Shown: piece after piece, positions 1-12,918 of the stretch
How positions within the stretch are numbered: position 1 is the first letter of the stretch
Layout: each line of letters begins with the position of its first letter
DNA from: the human T2T-CHM13v2.0 reference genome, Homo sapiens
DNA: 64,000 nt
NCBI RefSeq assembly: GCF_009914755.1
Contig: NC_060932.1
Direction: 5' to 3' (one strand)
Position numbers and translations under genes: made by a program
Notes under the pieces: generated by a model
The model's database searches: none
What the model saw: only the letters and a program-made list of their open reading frames with translations
Told to the model about the DNA's origin: nothing

Positions 1-3000
1 CCTCATGGAGAAGCCCCTGTGTCTCCTGGTGCTTCATAGAGTCTGGAGAAGGTGGGAGGAGCCCGTGATGGAGAAGGTCAAGCCCATGAGCCTCCCCCAG
101 GTCCACCTGCCTCCAGGGCAGAGGCCTAGGAAAGGTTATGACTGGGAGTGAGTGGCACAGGCGGGATGGAGGAGAGATGCCTGCTCTCACTAAGGCCAAA
201 ATGCCCTCTCCACAGCCCGGGCCCTTAACATCCTTGAGAGAGAGTGAAGGGATGTCCAGATCTGACTTTTAACCTGCTTCACTAGGAAATCACTAATTTT
301 AACTCTTTTAAGAATGAACAGATAAAGTTTTCTGACTCAGACAAAATGAGGATCCCACAAAAGAAATTACCAATCACAGTACAAATAAAACTACATTTTA
401 TACATCAGAATTTATAGACTTATTAATTCAACTTCATATATCCATTTTAACTTACTTTGCAAATAACACTGCTATCCTTATTATATATGGGTCATTCTCC
501 CATCTTTGCCATCTCTTTCTCCCTATCTCCCTCTCTCTTTCTCTATTTTTCTCTTTCCCTGCCTTCCTCCATCTTACTTGATTTTCACATTAAAACACTG
601 CTTTTTCCCAATACGTAGAATCAGTTATATGGGGAGTTTCCTGAACAAGGTGCTAAAAAGTTTTCTGGAAACGCTATTAGAAAGACGACAGTGTTTTTCT
701 AACTTTAGAGCAACAGAGTGACGTTTGATTCAAGAAAAGGAATGAGAGAGGAAAAACCAACCAGAACACCTCCAATATCTAATATTCTTCAGCACCTTGA
801 AAACATTTGGCTGCTCCTCACTCTTCACTCTTTTCCATGGGCCTCTGCTATGCCCGACCTACAGGGGTTTGGCACTCATTTACGGCCGTCCCCAAATGCA
901 CCAGACATGAGGCGAGCCCTGGACCGTATTAATGAGCTGCCAGTGTAGGAGATACTTCATCAAACAGCTCTTGGTCAATATATTAAATCTAAATTGCTAT
1001 GGGAATATTAACAAAAAAGAACTGATTTGCCTTTAGTAAAAAGATAAGAAGAACTTATGCTGGAAACTGAAATTTGGGTTACGTCTTGAAAGATGCATAG
1101 AATGTATTTTTTTTTTCCAAAATGAGTATATGTGTTATGGATTAAAAAACCACCACAGCAAAACCCTGTTGGTAACAAAGCTGAGGTTTGTTCAGACAAT
1201 TGCATATAACTTGGTTTGTCCAGGAATGTTTTTCAAAGGTTATTTCCATTACCATGGAGGCTATCTCCTACCTTCCTGTTTTGAAGTTGCACGGTGTCCT
1301 TCCCCAGTAGATACAATGACTTAGGTTTATACCCTCTGCCTCCACCTCACCTCCCTTCTCTCACTTCTGAGGCATATAACTTAGTTCCTTTATTGCTCCA
1401 TCTCAGGTTTAGTCTCAGGATATTAACACAAAGCACAGAAGTATGGAAGAGTGGGAGGCTTGGGAGAAGAGGCCGGTTGGGAAGGTGTTAACCTCCGAGG
1501 GAACCGCGGTGTGTCATTCACCTTGAAATCTCTCACAGCTTCCAGCACTGCTCATGGAGCTTCTGAGAGCCCTGCAATAAATACCTTTGGAACTAATGTG
1601 AGCAAAAACCAGGAGACAGAAGCAGGAATTCAGAACATCTCCTAGATGTGGAAGAAGCCTCTGAACTGAAGGGCTTTAGGAAGAAAAACACAACCCGGCC
1701 TCTGTGTGCAGTCTCTCAGCATCCACGCGGCACGTGAACCCTTGGGAACATTCATCTCTATTTTAAAATAAATGCTTTAGGTATCCTCTCCGATTGTCCT
1801 ATAAGGGAGTTTTTACACTACTCAGATGGGAACTTGGACAATTCACCGGATGGCCTCTGCTGAGGGATGCCCCTTAGGGACACGATCCTAATAAGCAAGA
1901 CCAGGAAGGCTGGGAAGACCATTTGCAAGCAAGCCAGCCACATGCTAGGGAAACAATGTCCCATTGTGTGACTTGCTCAGCATTCCAGAAAATGCCATCA
2001 TCGGAGAGATGAATGTGCATCTGCTGTGGATATTGAAATGACTTTTATTACCCGTTTGATTTTCACACATAATGTGTCTTTTCTGGGTCATTTTTTCTTT
2101 TCATAGCGGCAATTTTTAGACTCATTTCTTCAAGCCTTAAGGCAGTTTAACACCACTAAAAATGCATCAGAGAGTAGATGGAACTCTCTAGCCTGAGGAA
2201 AGAAAGGAAACTAATATTTTATGTGATTTTTAGATACTGTGTGTTAGCAATAGCCCAACAAAGATCCCTTAATGACAATCAAAATATAGGATGGTTCCAG
2301 GGTATAAGCAACAGTAAGCTTGGAGTGATTGGCAATTTCCAGCTGTGACTAGCTCTCAGAAGCACCGCATTGACAATGAGGTGTGAATTTTTGTGTGAGG
2401 GAATTTGATTTAAATGTTCCAAGTTATGTTATAAGTTCATGTAAACCTGCCATTTGCTAAACAACAGGACTTTGTCATGCGAAGTAGAAAAATTAAATCC
2501 TCACGTTCACCCACCTATCTATACAAAGGCAAAAGCTGTTTGCACACTGTGTGAACGTGGAAGAGGGTTTGGATGCAGCCAGGACTGTGGGGAAACATGG
2601 CTTGGGAAGGAGCTTTGCCCGCAAGCCCCTCTCCCATCTTCTTCTCTTTTGTGTCTCCCTGAGATCCAAGGTGAAAGCCCCTTTGCCTCCTTCCTGACAA
2701 TTTATCAGGGCTTTGAGGAGAGCAACGTCAGTGCCTATTTTCCACGTGGGCTTAGGAAGCCAGAGGAGACTCTTCGAACTCTAGACCAAAAGGCGTTTTG
2801 CGGATCATGCTCTTTGCTCTGTAGCTCGAGGGAGGAAACAGTGAGGAGTGTCGGAGGCAGAGACATGGGAGAAGGAAGCAGAGCTCCAGCAGCCTGCACC
2901 ACCGCCCCGGCAGCCTGCACCACCGTCCAGCTCACACCTCCATCATGCATCAGCCTCACACAATAGCAGCAGACATGAGTTTGTTTTACTTCATGAACAT

Positions 3001-3619
3001 GCCCAGGCAGCAGCTGGAGCTAACCAGGTACAGCATGCAGGGAAGTGACATATATTACTAACCACTCAGGTCAGGGCAGACCTTTGGGGCCTCCACGATA
3101 AGTCAACAATGGAGGAGGCTGATTCCCAAATCACAGATGAGAACGAGAGACTCAGAGGGCCCTCTGCTCAGCATCATGGGATGCTGGATTCAAATGGGCT
3201 TTCTTTTTTTGTAACTTGGGAACTTATCACTTAAATCCGTGGTTGATCAGTAAACAATCCTAAATACACAGAGACTGTTCCGCAAATATTTCCTCCCGGG
3301 CTTATATCTACACTTGGCAAAACTTTGCAATTTTTTTTATTTATCCTTCACATCTGGTTGTTTGTAATTGACCAGCAACCACAGTATCCAGGCTTAAGGA
3401 GCACCACACAAAACAAGAGCCAGGAGGGTGGGCAAGAGAAGAAAACACTGCTATAATTCAGGGCACACACAAACACACACACTCACACACACATGCATAC
3501 ATGCATACCAGTAATCACATGAGATCCAAAAGCATGTTTACAAGACACTAAAAGATGTGAATATACTTGCACCCTACAGAAGTTAGCACAATGCAAGCGC
3601 TCAGCAAACATGCCTCAGT

Positions 3620-4122
3620 TTCCAAGTGCCCCTCTTAGCAGCACACTTCTGCCTGCCTTGTTTGGTGCAATGGCTCACTCTGTTTCTGTGGCCATGAATC
3701 CAGAACCCAGGTGCTGATGCCACCCAGAGCCAGGAGCCCTGCAAGATATTGGCCGATAAAACAGAGCCACCTCACCCAAACGCTGGCTGCACTGAGCCTG
3801 CTGAGGCTCTGGCTTCTTCAGCAGACATATGGGATGCCCAAAATCAGAGGGAATCAATGCCCCAGGGGTCATACTTTGAGAAGGGGACACAGGAACTGAG
3901 AGGACTCATGGTAAACATCGGGCCCCAGGGGTACACCCAGGCTGTCTAGAGGCACCGGTGAGACAGAGCATCTCCCTGGGCTGATTCTGAAGCTGAGCAC
4001 AGCTTCCCAGCACGTTTGGCATCTCTGTCTGGTTCCAATTTCCCTCACTCTCGCTTCACTGGAATTAAACTGCCCCTAAAGCCTTTGTCTTAAGCTGATT
4101 TCTATGGAATCCCAAATAAAGT
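3620..4122 (+). mobile_element. LTR16-family (ERVL) solo LTR, diverged
   Basis: GGGAATCAATGCCCCAGGGG motif and a 3' end AATTAAACT...CTTTGTCTTAAGCTGATTTCTATGGAATCCCAAATAAAG resembling the LTR16 terminus. Confidence 0.55.
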
Positions 4123-4347
4123 AGGGAACTATGATCAGATGATCAACTTTCAATGCAAGCCCCAAGACCTAGAGAAGTTATTTTCAGGTCACCAGGCTAT
4201 TAAATAGTTGTAAATAAAATGCAGCTGAGATAAAACATGAGCCACATGTTTTTCTCACCACAATGCAAGGTACTGAGGCCAAGAATTGTCATTTCCATAT
4301 CATACTTCTTACAACTCTGAACACAGTTCTTAAAATGTCTTTGCCCA

Positions 4348-4713
4348 GCACATATACACCATGGAATACTATGCAGCCATAAAAAATGATGAGTTCATGT
4401 CCTTTGCAGGGACATGGATGAAACTGGAAACCATCATTCTCAGCAAAGTAACACAAGAAGAGAAAACCAAACATTGCATGTTCTCACTCATAAGTGGGAG
4501 TTGAACAATGAGAATACACGGACACAGGGAGGGGAACATCACACACCGGAGCCTGTCGGGGGGTTGGGGACTAGGGGAGGGATAGCATTAGCAGAAATAC
4601 CTAATGTAAATGATGAGTTGATGGGTGCAGCAAACCAACATGGCACATATATACATATGTAACAAACCTGCACGTTGTGCACATGTACCCCAGAACTTAA
4701 GGTATATTAAAAA
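4348..4713 (+). mobile_element. L1PA 3' end (5'-truncated)
   Basis: CACATATACACCATGGAATACTATGCAGCCATAAAAAA...GTAACAAACCTGCACGTTGTGCACATGTACCC, the classic L1PA ORF2 end and 3'UTR. Confidence 0.93.
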
Positions 4714-5523
4714 GTTTTTCTTTGTATATCTCCTCTCTTTATCATTTGCCCTACTTCAGCCCAATAAAACACTTTCTTCTTAATACAGTTTATTTTTCTC
4801 TACCTTATATTAATCTTGGGTCATTCCTAGAAATAAAATCATATATTTCCTAACGCATTTAACAAAACTAAGTAGGACCAAGCCAATCTGAGAAAAGGGA
4901 TCCTGTGGATATCAGAAAAGAGGGTGTCTAGGGAAGTTAATGCTAAAATTATACTGTGCTGTGTAGATGCATGAACTCCAGCTGTAAACATCCCCAGAAA
5001 AACAGACCTGCTCGGCTTCCTCGCACCTACTTTCCTCTATGTAGTTATGCATTTGATGGCTGGTATGTTTGCTTTAACTTCTTGTCATTTAGATCCAGCC
5101 CTTAATGCTCACGTCAGTCTCTAGGAGAGAAAGGCAGGGAAAGATTTTCCCTCAGGGTTTTTACACAGGCTCTTCTTCCTTCTGGGACCGACCGCCCCAT
5201 AGGCTCAAGTGGGGACATCCTTTCCTTCCCATCCTCCAAGCCCTGGCTGTGACGTCTCCCCTGAGCCTTCCTCTACGCTCTGTCTACAACAGAGGAGGCC
5301 TTTTCTGTTGTTCCTTCTTTTATTTGTCCTCATCCCAAGAGCTCAGTACAGTTCCTGAGGGCTTGCTCATTTTGCTAAGGAAATGAAAGAATGAATCAGT
5401 AGCTGAAGGGTTGCCTTGGATGCTAAAAACCTCCCTAGAGATGGCTCCAGGTAGTGATTTGTAATTTCCCCCCGCCCCTTCTTTTGAGAACAGCAGATAC
5501 AAAGCACAGAAAAGCTGAAATTG

Positions 5524-5815
5524 GGCCAGGTGCAGTGACTCACGCCTGAAATCCCAGCACTTTGGGAGGCCGACACAGGTGGATCACAAGGTCAGGAGTT
5601 TGAGACCAGTCTGACCAACATAATGAAACCCCATCTCTATGAAAAATACAAAAATTAACTGGGCATGGTGGAGTGCACCTGTAATCCCAGCTACTCAGGA
5701 GGCTGAGAGAGGAGAATTCCGTGAATGTGGGAGGTAGGGGTTGCAGTGAGCAGAGCTTGCAACAATGCACTCCAGCCTGGGTGTCAGAGCAAGACTCCGT
5801 CTCAAAAAAGAAAAG
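5524..5815 (+). mobile_element. AluS
   Basis: Full dimer; TSD GAAAAGCTGA(A/C)ATTG. Confidence 0.95.
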
Positions 5816-5848
5816 AAAAGCTGACATTGGATTGCAATTTCTTACTGC

Positions 5849-5871
5849 TGTGTGTGTGTGTGTGTGTGTGT

Positions 5872-5902
<31 letters not shown>
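5849..5902. repeat. (TG)n microsatellite, one interruption
   Basis: Direct reading. Confidence 0.97.
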
Positions 5903-5919
5903 AGATGAGGGATACTGTA

Positions 5920-6410
5920 TATATTTAAAGGTCCTAAATGATAGACAAAGTGAAATGATTACTGCAGTCAAGCAAATGAATGTATCCACCTCCTCATGTG
6001 GCTACGTGTGTATGTGTGGGTGCTGAGAACACCTGAGATCTACCCTCTTAGCAAATTCTCAGGATGCAACACGGCATTATTAACCCCAACTCAGCATCAT
6101 TAACCCCAACGCAGCATTATTCACCACAATATAGCACTATTAAATACAACACGACATTACTAACCCCAAAGCAGCATTATTAACCACAACGCAGCATTAG
6201 TAACCCCAACGCAGAGTTAGTAACCCCAACACAGCATTAGTAACCCCAACGCAGCATTGTTAACCCCCACACAGCATTGCTAACCACAACACTGCATTAT
6301 TAATCACAATACAGCATTGTTAATTAACCACTTCATGCTATACAACAGATCCCTAGGTTTATTCATCCTATGTAACTGCAGCTTTATGCCTTTAACAACA
6401 TCTCCATTTT
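5920..6410 (-). mobile_element. L1MA-type 3' end hosting a minisatellite
   Basis: GAGAACACCTGAGATCTACCCTCTTAGCAAATT...CATGCTATACAACAGATCCCTAGGTTTATTCATCC resembles the reverse complement of the L1MA 3'UTR. Confidence 0.75.
6067..6326. repeat. 20-bp minisatellite, 13 copies (CAACGCAGCATTATTAACCC)
   Basis: Exact 20-bp period counted by hand. Confidence 0.95.
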
Positions 6411-8218
6411 CCTTTGAGTATCTGCTGCATGCCCAGATTGGCGCCAACCTATACCTTGCACTCCTCTCTTCTTTCACCAGGTGGTCCTTCCCGCTTGGCA
6501 TGGGCAACTCCCACTTCTTTCCTCCTGTCTTTCATCAAAATCTGCTGGGAGCAACAGATCTGACAAATTCTTTCATACACAAGAAAGTGTAATGGAGTGA
6601 GATGGTTGACTACCTTCCCCTTCCAGAGGAAGCAACATTTCGGCACAGCAGGACGTCTTAAAGCAAAGTGTCGGTCTCTACAATTCGTTGATGGCAAGCT
6701 CCTGGCAGCATCATTGTGAGGGCAGGGAAAATGACCACCACAAGGGGCACCTCCTCAGCTCATCACTAAGGGTAGAGCTGGTTCTGAATGCTGGCTGAAC
6801 ACTTAAGAAAAGTCTAGCAGGTAAAGAGAGCGAGGAATTAATTTAAGACACACACACACATAACTGCAGGTGGCATCAGCAAGCTGAAAACTGACAAACC
6901 ATTGCTTCCCGAATCTTTCCAGGTATCTGTCTGTCTTTCTCCTTTTCTCCTTCTCCTCCCCATTAGTATAAATAGGAAGCTTAGGTAAAATTCCTCATAA
7001 AATTTAGAATTTGGTGCCAAAGGGCATTTAATGCTGTTGAAGGGTGGAGTGGGTGGATTTATTACCTTTAGATCCTAGTTAAATTGATAAACCATCTAAC
7101 TAGCTACTCTATTTCCCCTAGAATATGAATACAGAAACTTAAGAGGTCTCTAAACCAGCAGTTCTCAGCAAGGGTCAAGTGTATCAGAATCATTCAGGGT
7201 TGATTGGAAAAGGGACGCCAAGTGTCAAAGACTACCACTCAGAGACTATGAAATGTCATCCTGGGGATAGGGTGCTCCCATTTACTCACCCAGCTTGCCA
7301 GTATATTCTCTACGATGGCAAGCAAGTATTATTGCTGGTGGCAGTGGAAAACGACTGGTGACCCCAGATGATAAGAGACAGAAAACCATTGCTCTGGTCT
7401 AAAGCGAAAGTCTGCAGGGGCGGTAATTTTACTGAGGGATCCAGGCACCCACCTCTATCCCCACTCTATCACAGGATTCAGTCATAAATAGCAGTCATTG
7501 TTCTTCCATGAATGTTTTGTAACATTCATATGCATGTTTTGCAACATTCATATGCATGTTTTGCAATATTGCAAACACAGTATTTTATTAATTAAATAAA
7601 TGATTTCAATACAATAAAAAAATGGTTTTGCTATGTGATTGAAAATGTGGATAGAGAGGAAGGAATTGATTGCAATGTCAAGAAATGTAAAGAACTATTC
7701 CAAGGGGGTCTCTGTACTAATCTCTATGTGCAAGAATCAGCTATGATTGGACATTTTTCATTCATCCCGCATGATATCGTGGCAGCAAGCTTGATACCAG
7801 GTCATACATGCTAGAAACCTCCATGACTCCTGTATATCACTGCTAGATGTAGGTTTGCCTCTGGCTTCTGAGATCTACCAGTGCTGCATCATTGTGTCCG
7901 TGGGATTCCTGTTCATGGGAGCTGCTCATTGGCCTCACATCTTTATTATTTTTCCAAGAACATTATTTGATGGAGGCCAAGATTTGGTAGGATTTTTGCT
8001 GCGGGGAAACAAATCAGCTGTCCTTATTCTTCCAGCTTCTGGAGACATATAGGAGCTGTAGAAGACAGCAGATACTGAAAGTGTTTTCCAACGATGAGGT
8101 TTCCATATACATTATCAGACGATGTTTATGCTATCAAACAGGTTTAGAAAAGCAAGCCCATCTGTATTTAGTCACCTATCTCTAATCTCATATCATGGAT
8201 GACATACACCAGGCAGGC

Positions 8219-8271
8219 CAATGGTTACCAACCTCGCTTGCACATCAGAATCACAGCAGGCACTTATAAAA
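8219..8271. mobile_element. MER5A1 (hAT MITE), first part
   Basis: CAATGGTTACCAACCTCGCTTGCACATCAGAATCAC...CTTATAAAA resembles CAGTGGTTCTCAACCTTGGCTGCACATTAGAATCAC...CTTTTAAAA. Confidence 0.65.
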
Positions 8272-8301
8272 GGTCTAACATTGAGTTACCTACACTAGTC
8301 A

Positions 8302-8628
8302 CCACAATCTACTGTAGAATAAGATGCTGCAAAATTTTCATGGCTCTGTTCAGCAGCGTCAACAAACTTTAAGGCTAATGGAAGCCTGTGAAATCATTGG
8401 TAATATGCAGAAGAGTTATCAACTATAGGAACAATATTAAAGCAGTGAACATTGAATAACAACCAGTGCATTGATTTGGGGACCCTTCTCCCTGCTCCCT
8501 AATGTTTCCAATTCGTTTAAAAACTCTTCAGAATCTCAAATGATTCATTCTGTTTCCCCCTACGTCTTCACCAGAAATGTGTTGAAGCAAAGGACAGAGT
8601 TAGTGTTCACAGATCTGCCCTAGAGAGA
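8302..8628. repeat. Left arm of a ~325-bp inverted duplication (partner 9017-9340)
   Basis: Colinear reverse-complement match throughout, e.g. TTTTCATGGCTCTGTTCAG vs CTGAACAGAGCCATGAAAT. Confidence 0.93.
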
Positions 8629-8672
8629 GAGAGGGTTATAGCACATTCTGTCTATAGTGATCACGTTCCCAG

Positions 8673-8896
8673 GAACAGGAAGTACAATGGTGGCTGTCGG
8701 GAGATGTGGGTAGGGGAGGATGGGAAGTTATGGCTTTATGGGTATGGAGTTTCAGTTTTGCAGGATAAAAAGAATTCTGGAGATGGATGGTGGTCATGGT
8801 TATACAACCATATGAATGTGTTAACACCATTGAACTGCACACTTAAAATGGTCAGGATGCTAAATTCTATATTATGTGGATTTTATCACAATTAAA
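8673..8896 (+). mobile_element. L1MB-type 3' end
   Basis: GGGTATGGAGTTTCAGTTTTGCAGGATAAAAAGAATTCTGGAGATGGATGGTGG...ACTTAAAATGG...TTTTATCACAATT. Confidence 0.85.
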
Positions 8897-8902
8897 CATT
8901 CT

Positions 8903-9002
8903 CTTTAAAAATCTTCATGACTGGTCCATCTTCCTGACCAATTAAACCAGAACCTTCGGGGTAACTGGAGTGTGTTTAATTGCACAGTTTAGAGTCCCCA
9001 GG
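8903..9002. mobile_element. MER5A1, second part
   Basis: CTTTAAAAATC...TGACCAATTAAACCAGAACCT...TCCCCAGG continues the consensus where the 8219-8271 piece stops. Confidence 0.6.
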
Positions 9003-9016
9003 AAAACCAGATCACT

Positions 9017-9340
9017 TTCTCTCTAGGGCAGATCAATGAACACTAACTCTCTTCTTTCCTTCAACAAATTTCCGGTGGAGGCATAGAGGAAAGCAAAATG
9101 AATCACCTGAGATTCTGAAGAGATTTTAAAGGAATTAGAAAAATTAGGGAGCAGGGGGAATGGCCCCAAAATCAATGCACTGGTTGGTCATTGAATGTTC
9201 ACTGCTTTAATATTGATCCTAAACTCTTTTGCATATCACTGATGATGATCTCACAGGCTTCTTTTAGCCTCAAAGGTTGTTGACACTCCTGAACAGAGCC
9301 ATGAAATTTTTGCAGAATCTTATTCTAAAGTAGAATATGG
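9017..9340. repeat. Right arm of the inverted duplication
   Basis: Reverse complement of 8302-8628. Confidence 0.93.
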
Positions 9341-9434
9341 CAAACACATGGCTAAGAGTCGCAGGGTGTTATAATTCTAATGTATGGAAGAAATAATCAC
9401 ATCTCCTATTTCAACCCATTCTTTTACAGGAAGA

Positions 9435-9437
<3 letters not shown>

Positions 9438-9466
<29 letters not shown>
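9438..9466. repeat. (CA)n microsatellite
   Basis: Direct reading. Confidence 0.95.
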
Positions 9467-9470
<4 letters not shown>

Positions 9471-11715
9471 AAGTGTTACAGAAGGTCATTTTGAAGAGCA
9501 TTTATATTCAAATAGTCCCCGAGATGGCATATCTGATGATCATGACAAACTGGGCTTTTGTTGATAATTCATCAACTATGTTTTGTATTTTGAAGCTAAC
9601 AAATTAATATAGGCTCAAGTAACAATCACCTATTTTCTCAGAAGACTATTTAAATGTGTATTTTATTTTGATGAAAAAATTACTTTTCTACTACAGATAT
9701 TGAAAAGACTGTGTAAGAGAGAGGGAGGATATTCCACCAGCCCTATTTGGTGAATTGCTTATCAGAAGCAAGTTTAGCCACACAAATATGATCTGAAACA
9801 TTCAGAGTGTGTCATTTTTCAAAGGGACATAAAGGCTTCAAGGAGTGTCAATGGGATATTATTGTTTGTGGTATTTCTTAAGTAGTTCTTAAAAAATGCA
9901 GTTGATGCTCTTTGAAAGAGCAGTAATCATCGGCAAATATTTTTCCTACTCTGCTTCAGTTTCCTAGTAACCATGAATCCTCCTTCAAAAGCTACCTGCC
10001 TGCCTTCAGTTACAGGCATAGGAATATGTTATGTTCCTTAAAATTTTTTTTAAGTTGTGAAAACACTTTGGACAATGGCAGGGGACTTAGGCGCGGCAGG
10101 CTCAAATACAGCATGTCAGGAAAGGCTTGCGAGCTAAAGCCTCCTTTCTTTATATGACAAACCTGGACTGAGCGCCCAATCCCACTTTGTCCTCCTTCAC
10201 CTTACTGTTTTCTCCACTAGACAAGAGAGTAAAAATCACTTACAGAAATGAACACTGGTTCAAGAAATAAGATCATGTTTGAGTTTCAAAAAATAAAAGA
10301 CAGTTATTTGTCTTCCACTTAGGGACATGGAATGGAAACGGATTATGTCACAAAGGGGATTTTTTTCCAACAAGAAACCAAACTTGAATGTTTTTAAAAT
10401 TCCCTCTTGTATTCATTATAGTTTCCAAATTTTCTTAAAAAACCCCCTGATATATGGGCTTGATTCTAACTTTACAAATGTTTCATCTATTAGTAAACTA
10501 AATTTTTTAGTTGATGGGAAGAAGGAATAACAATCATAATCCAATGATGTCCATACTTTCTACTTTTTCTTCTAGTTGTACATAAATGATCTAGCAAATG
10601 GCCAAGGCTTAATGCTTAATACAGTATATGATGCAAAGAAACAGCAGCTTTTTTATTGGGAATAATTATGTTCTTACAAGTTTACCTGTAAGTGAAAATT
10701 TTGCATACTGAATCAATATTTATTGTTGCCTTACAACCTGTAAATGTAAATGCATTCCTGATATAAAAGTAAAATTAAATAACTTAGTGAATAATGGCTG
10801 AATGCTTCCTTCGAAGCAAGCTCTGTACTGAACACTGGAAACATGATAGTGAATAAAACAAACTTCTTCTCTCTACGGGGCTCAGAATCTTGTGGGCAGA
10901 TAGAAAATATATAAACATGAATTATGCTTAGTGAAATCAAATTGGAAGCATAGACGTGCATAGAATTTCTGGCTGGTCAGTGCTAGAAAGTCAAAGGCCA
11001 GAGGGAGGGAGGCTGCGGGGGGGGACCAAAGGTCCATTTCAGATTGTGTGGCCAGGAAGTAGCACGGAACAGGTACCTCATGGGGTGATGCTCCGAATCT
11101 TAAGATCTGGATTTTCTCTGGTCAGTATATAACACATCTCTTAGCATTGCTGAGAGGACAGAAGATGTCAACATATCATGGAAAACACGAGAAGGATCAT
11201 AGAAATGAAGACGTGCTAAAGAGGAGAGCCAATACCACATAGGATACCAACCGAGATATCAGTGTATGCATCTGCTCTAACTTTATAAGTATATGAAATC
11301 TATAAAGTATATAAATGATGACAAATAAAATAGTAAGCAAGAAAAGGAATCAAAGGAGCCAAAAAGCAGGTGGAAATACAGGAGAGGAAGAGCTAGAGGT
11401 CCCTAGATATCTCTCCATTATTCTCTGCATCAGGAGAGAAACATTATAACATCAGTGCCCTTGGACACATGGGCATAACCTGAGTGTGCAGTTTTATTGC
11501 TTGTGGTATCCAAGGGCATCAACGTGATAGCATTTCTCTCTTGATGAAGACAACAGTGAGAGTTATCTAGGGGGCTCTAGCTACCTCCACGCTCTGTGTT
11601 CACCTGCTTTTGGGCTTGGGCTTGTTTGACACTTTTCATAATAAAATTTATAATGTGCCTTTGGTTTCCCTCATTTCTTCATCATTTAAAAAAATGATTC
11701 AATAACACAACTTAA

Positions 11716-12005
<290 letters not shown>

Positions 12006-12918
12006 TGAAAGCAATTCTTACTGAAAAGAACACCACATTTACTCCCTGGTTTCTACACGGTCCATAAGTACAATTCTTTACATTTTCATGTAACAAGAGA
12101 CAGGTGCCTCTGCTCTCGCTGGAGTTGACCTACAATGGAGAAATAATAAAACCAATGCAGCAATACTATAATAACTATAAATAAAATTATCAATACGCTA
12201 CAAAAAATTAAGATAACTGAATGTGGAAACTAGAAATGAGCAGTTGTTTATCAAAACACATGGGCTATGGATTTGTTTCTGCTTCTTATTATGTAATTTT
12301 TTTCCTTAATGTACTTCAGTTTCTCCTTCCGTTTGATGACACATAATTCATAAAGCATATTTCAAAATAGAATGAAAAATAAACATGGTATCCTCGAGAT
12401 AAAAATATGCTAAGACAAAGAACAGATGTTATTAGCATGAATAGTAACATGCACATACCAAGGACATACATTAACTATTCAGTTTTTAAGTCATAAATAG
12501 CACTCTTTCAACCCCCAAATTCCCTTTAGAGCCTAGGTTATGACTCTAATTTTAATTGTTAATCTATTCTCTGATGAGCAGTGCTTAACTTAATTGGTTT
12601 AGCAGACTATTAATGAGGTTATGTCCATATATCCCTAGACACTGGCTTGTTAGCCTCAGTTTAATCCATTCAACAGAGGAGTCTTCTGCCTTGTGTGGGG
12701 TCCGGTCATATAAAATCAAATCAATAAGGCGTCTCCCCTTTCCTACAAAATCACATGATTGTAATGAGATGATAGTAACATAAATACATGTATAAAACTC
12801 AAAGATGCTAGGAAACGTTGAAATCGGGAAATGACAAGAAGCTGGGTGTAAACAGCCCCTCGTTCTGCAGAGAGAAGCCAACCGTGTGGGTGGGGGAGGA
12901 CAGAGATGGGCCAAGGTG

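Noticed and set aside
2454-3048. 170-aa ORF containing the duplicated APAACTT
   Set aside because: TTG start, no domain similarity; the duplication is a simple 21-bp tandem copy
6067-6326. Regularly spaced repeats superficially resembling a CRISPR array
   Set aside because: Head-to-tail units with no unique spacers, no cas genes, primate intron
7510-7575. 22-bp tandem duplication (similar small ones at ~17285, ~23855 and ~40050)
   Set aside because: Ordinary slippage duplications of 2-3 copies with no further structure
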